Source: an uncultured Bacteroidia bacterium (GTDB lineage: Bacteria > Bacteroidota > Bacteroidia > Bacteroidales > Prolixibacteraceae). Taken from it: a stretch of 64,000 nt of DNA. Within the stretch, counting starts at the first letter, position 1. Every line of letters begins with the position of its first letter. A program made the position numbers and the translations under genes. The stretch is taken from positions 30,008 to 94,007 of the forward strand of contig CAIVCR010000060.1 of NCBI GenBank assembly GCA_903904515.1. Direction: 5' to 3'. Below, piece after piece: positions 9,395 through 18,949 of this stretch. The notes beneath the pieces are model-generated. The model did no database searches, was not told where the DNA came from, and saw nothing but the letters and a program-made list of their open reading frames with translations.

Positions 9395-10627
9395 TCAATT
9401 TGAAAGCAAAGGATTTTCAACTTTCCCTGCAAATAGTATTGCACCTGTATCTTCTTCTGCGATAAAGAAGAGAAAAGGGCGGACGGCATGAAACTGGGGA
9501 CTGGATGGACCAGCACTCGTAACACCTATTCCGATGGAGGTGACACCCGCTGCTTCAGTACCCTCTTCATTCACATCGATAAATGTTTTGTGTTTTACCT
9601 TGGTGATAAAGAGCTGGTCATTGGCATTGATTTTTGAGAAATTTGCATCATTCCGCGAGAAAGCCACAGCCATCCCTAAGGAGGATAAAATGTCGTTCAG
9701 TTCGCTTTCCCAGGTGAATTTGAACCGGGGCAGCCAGACCTCAACTTTGGTCTTTGTTGCAAGCGCAGTTTTCAACCCCTGCCATGTCGCAGGATTCATT
9801 TGATTGATAAGCTGATCGGCAGATGTTCCAGCGTCCGGAAGAAGCAAAACCATCTCAAATTTTCCACGGCCATACGGCATTTTCAAAGCCCGGTAACCAC
9901 TCTGTTCCGAATACCCGTATTGCTCATTAATTTTCATGAACGGAACCGTTACATTGCTTCCCGAGGCAGGTGAAAAGGATCCATTCTGTGAGTTTGACTT
10001 TTCAAACTGAACTTTCCACTTCCCATTAAAATAGATTGCATTTATCAGAAACATTATTTCATCTGCAGAAATCTGGTCCAGGATCTTTGGAATTTTTGCA
10101 TTCGTTTTTTCATTTACCCAATTGTTGATAATAGCTAATGCCGCCTGATCAAAATCGAGCGTTTGAACCTCTGCATCATAATATTTTTGATTGACTACAA
10201 TAAATGGCTCCAAAACCGGATACGATTTCCGGATCCAGATCGAATTGGCAATATTCATAATAACGTTTGAATCGGCTTTTTTCAGCGCATTCACAAGGTC
10301 AAAATAGATCTGGTTGATTTCGTCAACACTCAGGACATCGAGCCCCAAGGCATTGATTATTCCACTTTTTGTTGTCCCATCGGCTCCGTTTAGGGTCATT
10401 GAAAGGGCAAGGGATATACTTAATGGCGACACCATCACATTGTGCCCCTCACTATTGGGAATCTTATTCAGCAGATTGAACGTAAATGTGTTTCCCGCTT
10501 TAACCAAACTTGCCGATTTTTGTGTCATCACAATATCTCCCGGCACGGGATCCGGTCCTACACTATGTGAACAAGCGGTTGTGTAAAAGATCAGAATGAT
10601 AATCAGGGCCGTTATTTTTGTTTTCAT
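9395..10627 (-). CDS. Serpin (serine protease inhibitor) lipoprotein
   Basis: Hinge EEGTEAAGVT and the serpin signature RPFLFFI..TG.ILF.GKV.NP. Start chosen at MKTKITALIIILIFYTTAC (10627) rather than 10693. Confidence 0.85.
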   Translation of the reverse strand: MKTKITALIIILIFYTTACSHSVGPDPVPGDIVMTQKSASLVKAGNTFTFNLLNKIPNSEGHNVMVSPLSISLALSMTLNGADGTTKSGIINALGLDVLSVDEINQIYFDLVNALKKADSNVIMNIANSIWIRKSYPVLEPFIVVNQKYYDAEVQTLDFDQAALAIINNWVNEKTNAKIPKILDQISADEIMFLINAIYFNGKWKVQFEKSNSQNGSFSPASGSNVTVPFMKINEQYGYSEQSGYRALKMPYGRGKFEMVLLLPDAGTSADQLINQMNPATWQGLKTALATKTKVEVWLPRFKFTWESELNDILSSLGMAVAFSRNDANFSKINANDQLFITKVKHKTFIDVNEEGTEAAGVTSIGIGVTSAGPSSPQFHAVRPFLFFIAEEDTGAILFAGKVENPLLSN

Positions 10628-11079
10628 CCTGGTGAAATTTTTAGGTGATTTTATTCCTGTTTTCATTATTCTGCAATACAAAATATGTGCCAAACCTTTG
10701 CCGTCCCCTCCCTGTCGAGTGAAACATTTCTTTGAGTGGAGATCCGACGATGGAATCGATATGAGAATCCATTATTCATAATTCTCATAGCTGATTTCAG
10801 TGCTGAGAATACCTCTTATCTAATTTTGCCACTTTAAAGTTCGGAAATTTTCAGGTAAAAACGCAACCATTTGGGTAGAAATGATCTCTTACTGATAAAA
10901 TTAACCCATTTACCCCGTCAGAACAGGAATACAAAACGGTTAAACCACGGTGGTTTATCCCTTGAGGTTTTGGCCGTGAAGGCTTCTTTGTCGTTCTTTA
11001 ACATATTTTAAAATAATTGATGGGGATTTTGATGTTCCTTCGGGGCTGATTTTGTTGTCGTTTAATCTAAAATTGATTT

Positions 11080-11643
11080 GTGACCAACCTCGAAGAAACC
11101 ATACGTAAATGCGCGTCAGGAGACCGGAAAGCTCAGACAGCATTGTATAACCTCTTTGCACCAAAGATGTACGGAGTTTGCCTGAATTATTCAAGGGATG
11201 CTGCTGAAGCGGAAGACAACCTGCATGACGGGTTTATTCGTATTTTCACTAAGATCAACCAGTTTGGATTCAATGGATCATTTGAAGGTTGGATTCGGAG
11301 GATTATGGTAAACACATCACTTGAGAAATTCCGAAAAAACAATCAGCTCTTTCCGGTTGAAGACATGATGGTCTACGAAAGCCTTCATTTTACGGAAGAG
11401 ACGCTGTCATCCATCTCGGCCGACGATCTATTAACCATCATCCAGCAGCTTCCTCCCCGATACCGGATGGTCTTTAACCTGTACGCCATTGAAGGATATT
11501 CGCATCAGGAGATTGCAAAAATGATGGAGATCAATGAAGGGACCTCTAAATCAAATCTGTCGCGCGCCAGGGTAATCCTTCAAAAAAAGGTGATTGAGAA
11601 TTTCGGATTGGAAAAAAACACGGTTACAACTACGCTATGCTAA
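11080..11643 (+). CDS. ECF-type RNA polymerase sigma-70 factor
   Basis: Region 2 (LHDGFIRIF...WIRRIMVN) and region 4 (YAIEGYSHQEIAKMMEINEGTSKSNLSRAR). GTG start. Confidence 0.85.
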   Translation: MTNLEETIRKCASGDRKAQTALYNLFAPKMYGVCLNYSRDAAEAEDNLHDGFIRIFTKINQFGFNGSFEGWIRRIMVNTSLEKFRKNNQLFPVEDMMVYESLHFTEETLSSISADDLLTIIQQLPPRYRMVFNLYAIEGYSHQEIAKMMEINEGTSKSNLSRARVILQKKVIENFGLEKNTVTTTLC

Positions 11644-12944
11644 CTGAAGATAATGAAATAGACCAGCTTTTTAAGAGAAAGCTGGGAAACTACGAGAAAA
11701 CACCCCCTGCTGCGGTATGGGGAAATATTGAAGGGGAGCTTAACCTCCTAAGGAAGGGTCGGCGTATATCCATGCTCAAAAACATGGGCGTTGCGGCATC
11801 GATTCTGCTTGCCGTTGCTGCAGGTTGGTGGATAACCTATCCGGGCAGCAGATCAGTTGTGAGTCCTGTAATTGTCTCCGATCAGGTGACAAATAAATCA
11901 GTAAAGGAGTCGGAATTGGTTCAAATAGCTGCTGATCAGTCTGGTAAATTAAAGGAAAAGGTTACTTCTGCTAAGAATTCACCGAAGGAGGGCAACGCCC
12001 TTCCAACCAAAACTGCTTCGTTTGCAGCGTTTGCAGCTGATATATCTTTTATGACAAAGGGGGCCCATTCGGTAAATTCAATTGATTCAGCGTTGGGGAA
12101 ATCAGACCACGCTATTAATCAAAAGATTGAGCTTGTTGAAAAAATTGCCCACTGGATTGCATCTTCAGTGAGTAATGATTCCGGCAAGGTTCAAAAATCT
12201 GATTCATACCCCTCAGGGAATGCGTTCAAGGAAACCTCGTCCCAGGTGTCCGGAGTAAATTCATTTACCAACCGTGGAACGATAACCAGCGGGCGATGGA
12301 GCCTGAAAGCCGAATATTCACCTGTTCTGAACAGCCACTCCAGGGGTTATGGGAAGCTTGCCGGACCCCAATCATCAACCGCCCATTTTTATTCCTCGCA
12401 TAAAACCAGCTCTGAAAATTCTTTTTCGGCTGGGGTGATAGGGGGTTATCAGATTGGTAAACGGGTTACAGTAAAGTCCGGGATCATGTATAATCAGATT
12501 AACCAATCGACACCTGGAGTAAAGATTTCAATGATGAATCCGAATGGCGAATATGATGATTCTCCAGAATTTTCTGAAAATAACAGCCTTAATCAGAATT
12601 TTCAATTTGTCGAAATTCCTTTACGGGTAGGGTATAAGCTGAATAATCGCAGATTTGGTGTTGGCATTACCGGAGGTTTAAGTACCGGTTTTCTGGTCGG
12701 CAACAAGGTGGCTTTGCGGCAAAACGGCGATCAGGTAAGCAATGGAAAAACATCCAATCTTCGAAACGTGGTCTATTCCGGAATGGTGGGTCTGGAATTC
12801 GGATACGAGATTTCCAACCGTTTATTATTTTCTGTTGAACCACGCCTAAAACACGCAATAAATTCATTAAGCACCAATAATTCTGTTGATTACAAAACGA
12901 ATCAACTGGAAATCGCTACAGGGCTGACATACAGTTTCAATTGA
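11637..12944 (+). CDS. Anti-sigma-like membrane protein fused to a C-terminal outer-membrane beta-barrel (porin-like) domain
   Basis: Overlaps the sigma gene by 7 nt. Short cytoplasmic N-terminus, one TM (GVAASILLAVAAGWWI), a Ser/Lys-rich linker, then alternating beta-strand pattern ending ...IATGLTYSFN. Confidence 0.6.
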   Translation: MLTEDNEIDQLFKRKLGNYEKTPPAAVWGNIEGELNLLRKGRRISMLKNMGVAASILLAVAAGWWITYPGSRSVVSPVIVSDQVTNKSVKESELVQIAADQSGKLKEKVTSAKNSPKEGNALPTKTASFAAFAADISFMTKGAHSVNSIDSALGKSDHAINQKIELVEKIAHWIASSVSNDSGKVQKSDSYPSGNAFKETSSQVSGVNSFTNRGTITSGRWSLKAEYSPVLNSHSRGYGKLAGPQSSTAHFYSSHKTSSENSFSAGVIGGYQIGKRVTVKSGIMYNQINQSTPGVKISMMNPNGEYDDSPEFSENNSLNQNFQFVEIPLRVGYKLNNRRFGVGITGGLSTGFLVGNKVALRQNGDQVSNGKTSNLRNVVYSGMVGLEFGYEISNRLLFSVEPRLKHAINSLSTNNSVDYKTNQLEIATGLTYSFN

Positions 12945-13012
12945 GATTGTTTGCATCAATTGGATTAAAGCTGAGAATCGATTAACTTTGCAGGCTTATA
13001 TTATGCAATTCC

Positions 13013-14011
13013 ATGAAAGATTCAAACTCAGTTAATAGGATAAATAGCCACTCAAGGATATTGGTTTTTCTATCACTTATCGCTTTTTGCGTGATAATCG
13101 GCGGACTCTTTTTTTGCTCCCATTCTGCGGAAGTTAAGGAGGTAAATGTTCCGACTCGCGACGAATCACCAAAGGTATTTTTCACAACCACACCACTCCC
13201 GGGGAAGCTCGATTTTGCCAGTGAGCCTGTCCCGCTTGAAAATTTTGATGTTCGCGAATCACTTGACCGTGAATTGCTGAGCGTGGCCAATTTTCATTCG
13301 CAGACCTTGCTTTACATCAAAAAAACCAACCGTTATTTTGCGATCATTGTGCCTGTTTTGAAGCGGAATCAAATCCCTGAAGATTTTAAATATCTGGCAC
13401 TTGCAGAGAGTGGATTTCTTGATAAAGTGGTTTCGCCATCAGGTGCGGTGGGGATCTGGCAGTTTATGAAAAGTGCTGCACTGGAAAACGGACTTGAGGT
13501 TAATGAGGAGGTCGATGAACGGTATCATATCGAAAAGGCAACAGAAGCTGCATGCCGCTACCTGAAAAATTCGTTCGCCAAATATGGTAACTGGACTATG
13601 GTCGCTGCATCATACAATGCCGGGATCAGCGGTGTAAGCCGGCAGGCAACGATTCAGGATAGCAACAGTTATTATGATTTGCTGCTTAGCGAAGAAACTT
13701 CCCGTTATTTATTCCGTATACTGGCCCTTAAACTTGTGATCGGAGAACCTCTTAAATATGGGTTTAAGGTAAATGAGGATGAGAAATACCCGATTATCCC
13801 TGTAAAGGAGATCAAGGTCGACGGGAGCATAAAAAGTTTTACCGAGTTTGCCCGCTCAAACAATATTAATTATAAGCTTTTAAAGCAGTTTAATCCTTGG
13901 TTAAAGCAGACTTACCTGAAAAATCCCAGGAATAAAACCTATACGTTTAAGATCCCCGAGGTTGGTAAATATCGTAGTTTTACTTTTACCGATCAAACCG
14001 GTTTGAAATAA
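13013..14011 (+). CDS. Lytic transglycosylase (SLT domain) protein
   Basis: N-terminal TM. ESGF...GIWQFM...ASYNAG catalytic-domain motifs. Confidence 0.8.
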   Translation: MKDSNSVNRINSHSRILVFLSLIAFCVIIGGLFFCSHSAEVKEVNVPTRDESPKVFFTTTPLPGKLDFASEPVPLENFDVRESLDRELLSVANFHSQTLLYIKKTNRYFAIIVPVLKRNQIPEDFKYLALAESGFLDKVVSPSGAVGIWQFMKSAALENGLEVNEEVDERYHIEKATEAACRYLKNSFAKYGNWTMVAASYNAGISGVSRQATIQDSNSYYDLLLSEETSRYLFRILALKLVIGEPLKYGFKVNEDEKYPIIPVKEIKVDGSIKSFTEFARSNNINYKLLKQFNPWLKQTYLKNPRNKTYTFKIPEVGKYRSFTFTDQTGLK

Positions 14012-14044
14012 TTCACCCCCTTTGCTGTAAATTGTGTATTATCG

Positions 14045-16870
14045 ATGGACGAAGAAGATAAAATTGTAGTTAGAGGGGCGCGGGAGCACAACCTTAAAAA
14101 TATAAATGTTGAAATACCGCGTAATCAGCTCACCGTGATTACCGGTTTGAGTGGAAGTGGAAAATCTTCGCTTGCTTTTGATACGATCTATGCCGAGGGG
14201 CAGCGCCGCTATATCGAAACCTTTTCGGCCTATGCGCGCTCTTTTCTGGGTAATATGGAGCGCCCGGATGTGGACGAAATCACCGGTTTAAGTCCGGTAA
14301 TCTCCATTGAGCAAAAAACCACCAATAAAAATCCGAGGTCTACCGTTGGCACTGTTACGGAGATCTATGATTTTCTCCGCCTCCTCTTTGCCCGCGCCGG
14401 TGAAGCCTATTCCTACAATACGGGTGAGAAGATGGTCAAGTATACCGATGAGCAGATCATTAACCTGATCATCGAAAAGTTTCATGGTAAACGCACCATG
14501 ATCCTGGCACCCGTCGTCCGCGGACGGAAAGGGCATTATCGCGAACTCTTTGAGCAGATCCGCAAGAAGGGGTTTCTTTATGCCCGCGTTGACGGAGAGA
14601 TCTGTGAAATGACTCATGGCTATAAAGTTGACCGGTATAAAAATCACCATATCGAGATGGTAATCGATAAGCTGGTGGTCGATGAAGGTGACCGGAAACG
14701 GCTGCGCGATTCGGTAGATATTGCCATGAAACATGGGCAGGGAATCATCATGATCCTTGATGCAGAAACCAAAGATACGCGATTCTTCTCACGTCACCTG
14801 ATGTGTCCGACGACAGGAATTTCTTACAATGATCCTGCGCCCCACAGCTTTTCATTTAATTCACCTCAGGGGGCATGCCATAAATGTAATGGTCTTGGCG
14901 AGATTACCGAAATCGATCAGGACAAACTGATTCCTGACCTGACGCTCTCTATTGCCAAGGGGGGAATTGCCCCGCTGGGTCCCCATAAAAACACCATGAT
15001 TTTCTGGCAGATTGAAGCGTTAGCTGAGAAGTATGGCTTTACCCTTAAAACACCGGTAGGTGAGATCTCAGAAGAGGCTCTTAACGCAATTTTATTTGGG
15101 ACCGGAGAGCGGATTCAGCTTAAAAACTCTCCGCTGGGAAGTTCAATCGATTATATGATGACCTACGAAGGGATCGTCAAGTATATCCTCAACCAAAAAG
15201 GCGATAACCTCTCCAAAACAGCACAAAAATGGGCCGATCAATTTCATAAAAGCATGACTTGCCCTGAGTGTAAGGGACAACGGTTACAGCTTGAGCCCCT
15301 GCATTTTAAAATTGACGGGAAAAATATTTCTGAACTTGCTCAACTGGATATCTGTGAGTTATCCGATTTCTTTGAAAAAATTGAGGAACGTCTTAGCTCC
15401 CGTCAGTTGCAGATTGCCACAGAGGTGGTTAAAGAGCTCCGAACACGCCTGCGCTTCCTGATTGATGTGGGGCTGACCTATCTCTCACTCGATCGCCCGG
15501 CAGGTACCCTTTCAGGAGGAGAATCGCAAAGGATCAGGCTCGCAACCCAGATCGGATCACAATTGGTAAATGTTCTCTATATCCTTGATGAACCTAGTAT
15601 CGGCCTGCATCACCGCGACAATCTCAGGCTGATCAATTCATTACAGCAATTGCGTGATACCGGTAACTCGGTGGTCGTGGTGGAGCATGACCGCGATATG
15701 ATGCTGCAAGCTGATTACCTGATTGATATGGGCCCGATGGCGGGGATCCATGGTGGTGAAATAGTTGCAGCCGGCATCCCGTCAGAGGTGCTTAAACACG
15801 ATACCTTAACCTCTCAATACCTGACGGGAAAGAAGAAAATTGAGGTTCCGTCCACATATCGTCCTGGAAATGGGAAGTCATTAATTATCAGGGGTGCTTC
15901 AGGAAACAATCTGAAGAATATCGATGTTGAATTTCCGCTTGGAAAGCTGATCTGCGTTACCGGTGTTTCGGGAAGCGGTAAATCGACACTGATCAATGAA
16001 ACGCTGCAACCAATTCTAAGCCAGTATTTTTATAAATCATTACTCGATCCGTTGGCCTATTCATCCATTGAAGGGATTGATCTGATCGATAAAGTTGTTC
16101 AGGTCGACCAATCTCCAATCGGCAGAACACCCCGCTCGAATCCGGTCACCTATACCGGTGTTTTTACCGATATCCGTACGCTGTTCACCCTTCTCCCCGA
16201 AGCAAAGATACGGGGCTATAAACCCGGACGATTTTCATTCAACGTGAAGGGTGGCCGTTGTGAAGAGTGCGAAGGGGCAGGGATGAAAGTTATCGAAATG
16301 AATTTCCTTCCCGATGTGTATGTCCATTGCGATAAATGTAACGGGAAAAGGTATAACCGCGAAACACTTGAGGTCCGGTTTAAGGGAAAATCGATCAGCG
16401 ATGTTCTTGATATGACAATTAATCAGGGAGTTGAATTTTTTGAAAGCATCCCGGCCATCGTTCACCGGTTACGGACACTACAGGAGGTGGGACTTGGCTA
16501 TATCACCCTGGGACAGTCGTCAACAACCCTGTCGGGGGGAGAATCACAACGGGTAAAGCTTGCAACGGAGTTAAGCAAACGGGATACCGGAATGACCCTT
16601 TACATTCTGGATGAACCGACCACGGGACTCCATTTTGAAGATATCAGGGTATTGCTCGAAGTACTCAATAAATTGGTCGACAAAGGAAATACAGTGATCG
16701 TCATTGAACACAATATGGAGGTGATCAAAGTGGCTGATCATATCATCGACATCGGTCCTGAAGGTGGAAAAGACGGCGGCAGGTTATTATGCAGCGGGTC
16801 TCCCAAGGAGATCATCAAACTAAATAAATCCTATACCGCTAAATACCTTATGGAGGAGTTGGGGAGATAA
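14045..16870 (+). CDS. uvrA: Excinuclease ABC subunit A
   Basis: Two ABC modules (GLSGSGKSSLAF, GVSGSGKSTL), zinc-finger CxxC pairs and LSGGE signatures. 941 aa. Confidence 0.97.
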   Translation: MDEEDKIVVRGAREHNLKNINVEIPRNQLTVITGLSGSGKSSLAFDTIYAEGQRRYIETFSAYARSFLGNMERPDVDEITGLSPVISIEQKTTNKNPRSTVGTVTEIYDFLRLLFARAGEAYSYNTGEKMVKYTDEQIINLIIEKFHGKRTMILAPVVRGRKGHYRELFEQIRKKGFLYARVDGEICEMTHGYKVDRYKNHHIEMVIDKLVVDEGDRKRLRDSVDIAMKHGQGIIMILDAETKDTRFFSRHLMCPTTGISYNDPAPHSFSFNSPQGACHKCNGLGEITEIDQDKLIPDLTLSIAKGGIAPLGPHKNTMIFWQIEALAEKYGFTLKTPVGEISEEALNAILFGTGERIQLKNSPLGSSIDYMMTYEGIVKYILNQKGDNLSKTAQKWADQFHKSMTCPECKGQRLQLEPLHFKIDGKNISELAQLDICELSDFFEKIEERLSSRQLQIATEVVKELRTRLRFLIDVGLTYLSLDRPAGTLSGGESQRIRLATQIGSQLVNVLYILDEPSIGLHHRDNLRLINSLQQLRDTGNSVVVVEHDRDMMLQADYLIDMGPMAGIHGGEIVAAGIPSEVLKHDTLTSQYLTGKKKIEVPSTYRPGNGKSLIIRGASGNNLKNIDVEFPLGKLICVTGVSGSGKSTLINETLQPILSQYFYKSLLDPLAYSSIEGIDLIDKVVQVDQSPIGRTPRSNPVTYTGVFTDIRTLFTLLPEAKIRGYKPGRFSFNVKGGRCEECEGAGMKVIEMNFLPDVYVHCDKCNGKRYNRETLEVRFKGKSISDVLDMTINQGVEFFESIPAIVHRLRTLQEVGLGYITLGQSSTTLSGGESQRVKLATELSKRDTGMTLYILDEPTTGLHFEDIRVLLEVLNKLVDKGNTVIVIEHNMEVIKVADHIIDIGPEGGKDGGRLLCSGSPKEIIKLNKSYTAKYLMEELGR

Positions 16871-16879
16871 TTATTTAAT

Positions 16880-17007
16880 GTGCTAATATGCTAATGTGCT
16901 AATATGCTAATATGCTAATGTGCTAATTTGGAAATTCGGTAATTTGAAGATTTGAGAATGAGAGAATAAAAAAATTTGAAAATTTGAAGATGAGATAATT
17001 TGGAAAT
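16880..17007. repeat. Degenerate octamer (N5-AAT) tandem array, about 16 units
   Basis: gtgctaat/atgctaat x6, then ttggaaat/tcggtaat/ttgaagat/ttgagaat/gagagaat/aaaaaaat/ttgaaaat/ttgaagat/gagataat/ttggaaat in one 8-bp phase. Starts 10 nt after the uvrA stop. Confidence 0.85.
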
Positions 17008-17013
17008 TCTTAA

Positions 17014-17041
17014 ACTTTGCGACTTGGCGTCTTTGCGTGAT
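17014..17041. repeat. TTTGCG-word half element
   Basis: ACTTTGCGACTTGGCGTCTTTGCGTGAT is nearly identical to 28349-28376. Confidence 0.6.
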
Positions 17042-17291
17042 TTTTTTGTTATCGCACCCAAAGTGGCATAGTCTCAATGAGGTAAAATACGATATCCTAT
17101 CTTTTTTAATAAATTGGCATATTTGTAAAGTCCGGGCCCGACTTTGAGTCGGACTCGGACTATCACTAATAAAGTTAATTTTAATCACCAAAATCCTTAA
17201 TCAATTATTAACTTTGGTGTTGCATTCTCCGTGTTGATTGAATAGTTCCCAAAATCCGCGGATAACCATTTAATTTTTAAGCATTCTACTT

Positions 17292-18941
17292 ATGCAAATC
17301 AGGCTAATCCTATCAATATCCTTTTTGTTGCTCGGGCTGGCCACCCTTGCCCAGACCAGCGCGAATAGTTATTATTGGATTGCACTCAGAAATAAGTCTG
17401 GTACGCCCTATGTAATTAATCATCCTGAGAAATTTTTATCCCAAAGGGCGATCGACCGCAGGATCAGGCAGGGGATTCCGGTTGACCAGACAGATTTGCC
17501 TGTCTCACCGGCATACCTCGACACGCTGATTGACCATGGCGTAACGGTTGTACATAGCTCTAAATGGTTAAATGGCGTGACAGTAAGTACACCCGATACT
17601 TCGTTGATTAAGCAAATTGCAAAACTTCCGTTTGTCGTTTCAGTTCAGCTTACAAAACCGGCACTACCCAAAAAGTCAACCAGAATCAAATTCAAGGATG
17701 AGGAAGTGATCAATGCATTTAATCCGCTGAACTATGGAGTAGCACTCACCCAATTAACCCAATTAAACGGGCAATATCTGCATAGCCAGGGTTTTCGCGG
17801 TAAGGGAATTCAGGTTGCAATACTCGATGCCGGATTCTGGCATGCGAATGTAATCCCGGCACTCGATAGCCTTCGTAATTCAGGCAGGATTATGGGTACC
17901 CACGATTTTGTCGATCCCACCTCGGATATTTACACGCAACATACCCATGGGACGAGTGTCCTTTCGTGTATGGGTGGGAATCTTCCTAAAACCCTTATTG
18001 GAACGGCTCCCGATGCTTCTTATTATCTTTTCCGGACAGAAGATGAACCTACTGAATATATGATCGAAGAGGACAATTGGGTTGCAGCTGCTGAATTAGC
18101 CGATAGTCTGGGTGTCGATTTGATCAATTCATCACTTGGGTATTATCTATTCGATGATCCGCTGATGGATCACTCCTATTCCGATATGAATGGAAATAAA
18201 ACCCGGGTCACTCAGGGAGCCAACATGGCATTTCAAAAAGGGATACTGGTTTTTACAAGCGCCGGCAATGAGGGCGATAAAGTCTGGAGACATATCATAG
18301 CCCCTTCAGACGGCGAAAATGTGATTGGGGTAGCGGCTGTCGATAAGCTCGGGATACGCGCCTCATTTAGCTCTGTAGGTCCTGCCTGGGGAGGGGCCAT
18401 AAAACCCAATGTAGCCGCAATGGGTTCTTCAACATTCCTGATTACCAGCGCCAGTGTTCCGGGTTATTCAAGCGGGACATCCTTTTCATCACCCGTGCTG
18501 GCCGGAATGGGAGCATGCCTGCTTCAGGCGAATCCCTATTCAAGTGTAAAACTGGTAAAAAAAGCGATTGAACAAAGTGCAAGTATCTATAACAGTCCCG
18601 ACTCCTTATTAGGATATGGAATACCCGATTTCGGAAAGGCTGATAAATACCTGAAGTTATATACTACCATTCCGGTAAGCACTCTCAAAACAGCGTGGGA
18701 AGTCTACCCCAATCCGTTCACTGATATGCTAACCATCAGAAACCGCGATCTGCTCTCAGCAGCTACTTGCCAAATAAGCATTTGCAACGTTAAAGGCGTT
18801 TGTCTTTGGCAGTCCAACTTTCCTGTTTCTGAAACAATAGAGTTAAAAAATCTTCCAAAATTTGCCAATGGATTGATGGTGCTGACCATTCGTTACGGAG
18901 GGAGAGAGGAAAATTTCAAGCTTATAAAAACAACCCGATAA
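17292..18941 (+). CDS. S8 (subtilisin-like) serine peptidase with T9SS C-terminal sorting domain
   Basis: Catalytic D (AILDAGF), H (HGTSV) and S (SGTSFSSP). C-terminal WEVYPNPFTDMLTI...LKNLPKFANGLMVLTI is typical of the Por/T9SS CTD. Confidence 0.85.
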   Translation: MQIRLILSISFLLLGLATLAQTSANSYYWIALRNKSGTPYVINHPEKFLSQRAIDRRIRQGIPVDQTDLPVSPAYLDTLIDHGVTVVHSSKWLNGVTVSTPDTSLIKQIAKLPFVVSVQLTKPALPKKSTRIKFKDEEVINAFNPLNYGVALTQLTQLNGQYLHSQGFRGKGIQVAILDAGFWHANVIPALDSLRNSGRIMGTHDFVDPTSDIYTQHTHGTSVLSCMGGNLPKTLIGTAPDASYYLFRTEDEPTEYMIEEDNWVAAAELADSLGVDLINSSLGYYLFDDPLMDHSYSDMNGNKTRVTQGANMAFQKGILVFTSAGNEGDKVWRHIIAPSDGENVIGVAAVDKLGIRASFSSVGPAWGGAIKPNVAAMGSSTFLITSASVPGYSSGTSFSSPVLAGMGACLLQANPYSSVKLVKKAIEQSASIYNSPDSLLGYGIPDFGKADKYLKLYTTIPVSTLKTAWEVYPNPFTDMLTIRNRDLLSAATCQISICNVKGVCLWQSNFPVSETIELKNLPKFANGLMVLTIRYGGREENFKLIKTTR

Positions 18942-18949
18942 TTGAAAAA

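Noticed and set aside
16907-17191. 94-aa ORF (…NFQIISSSNFQIFLFSHSQIFKLPNFQI…). Similar ORFs lie at 20192-20392, 20805-21071 and 28234-28449.
   Set aside because: These are translations of the octamer or TTTGCG-word repeat arrays. The repetitive peptides, alternative starts and overlap with real gene ends indicate non-coding repeat DNA.
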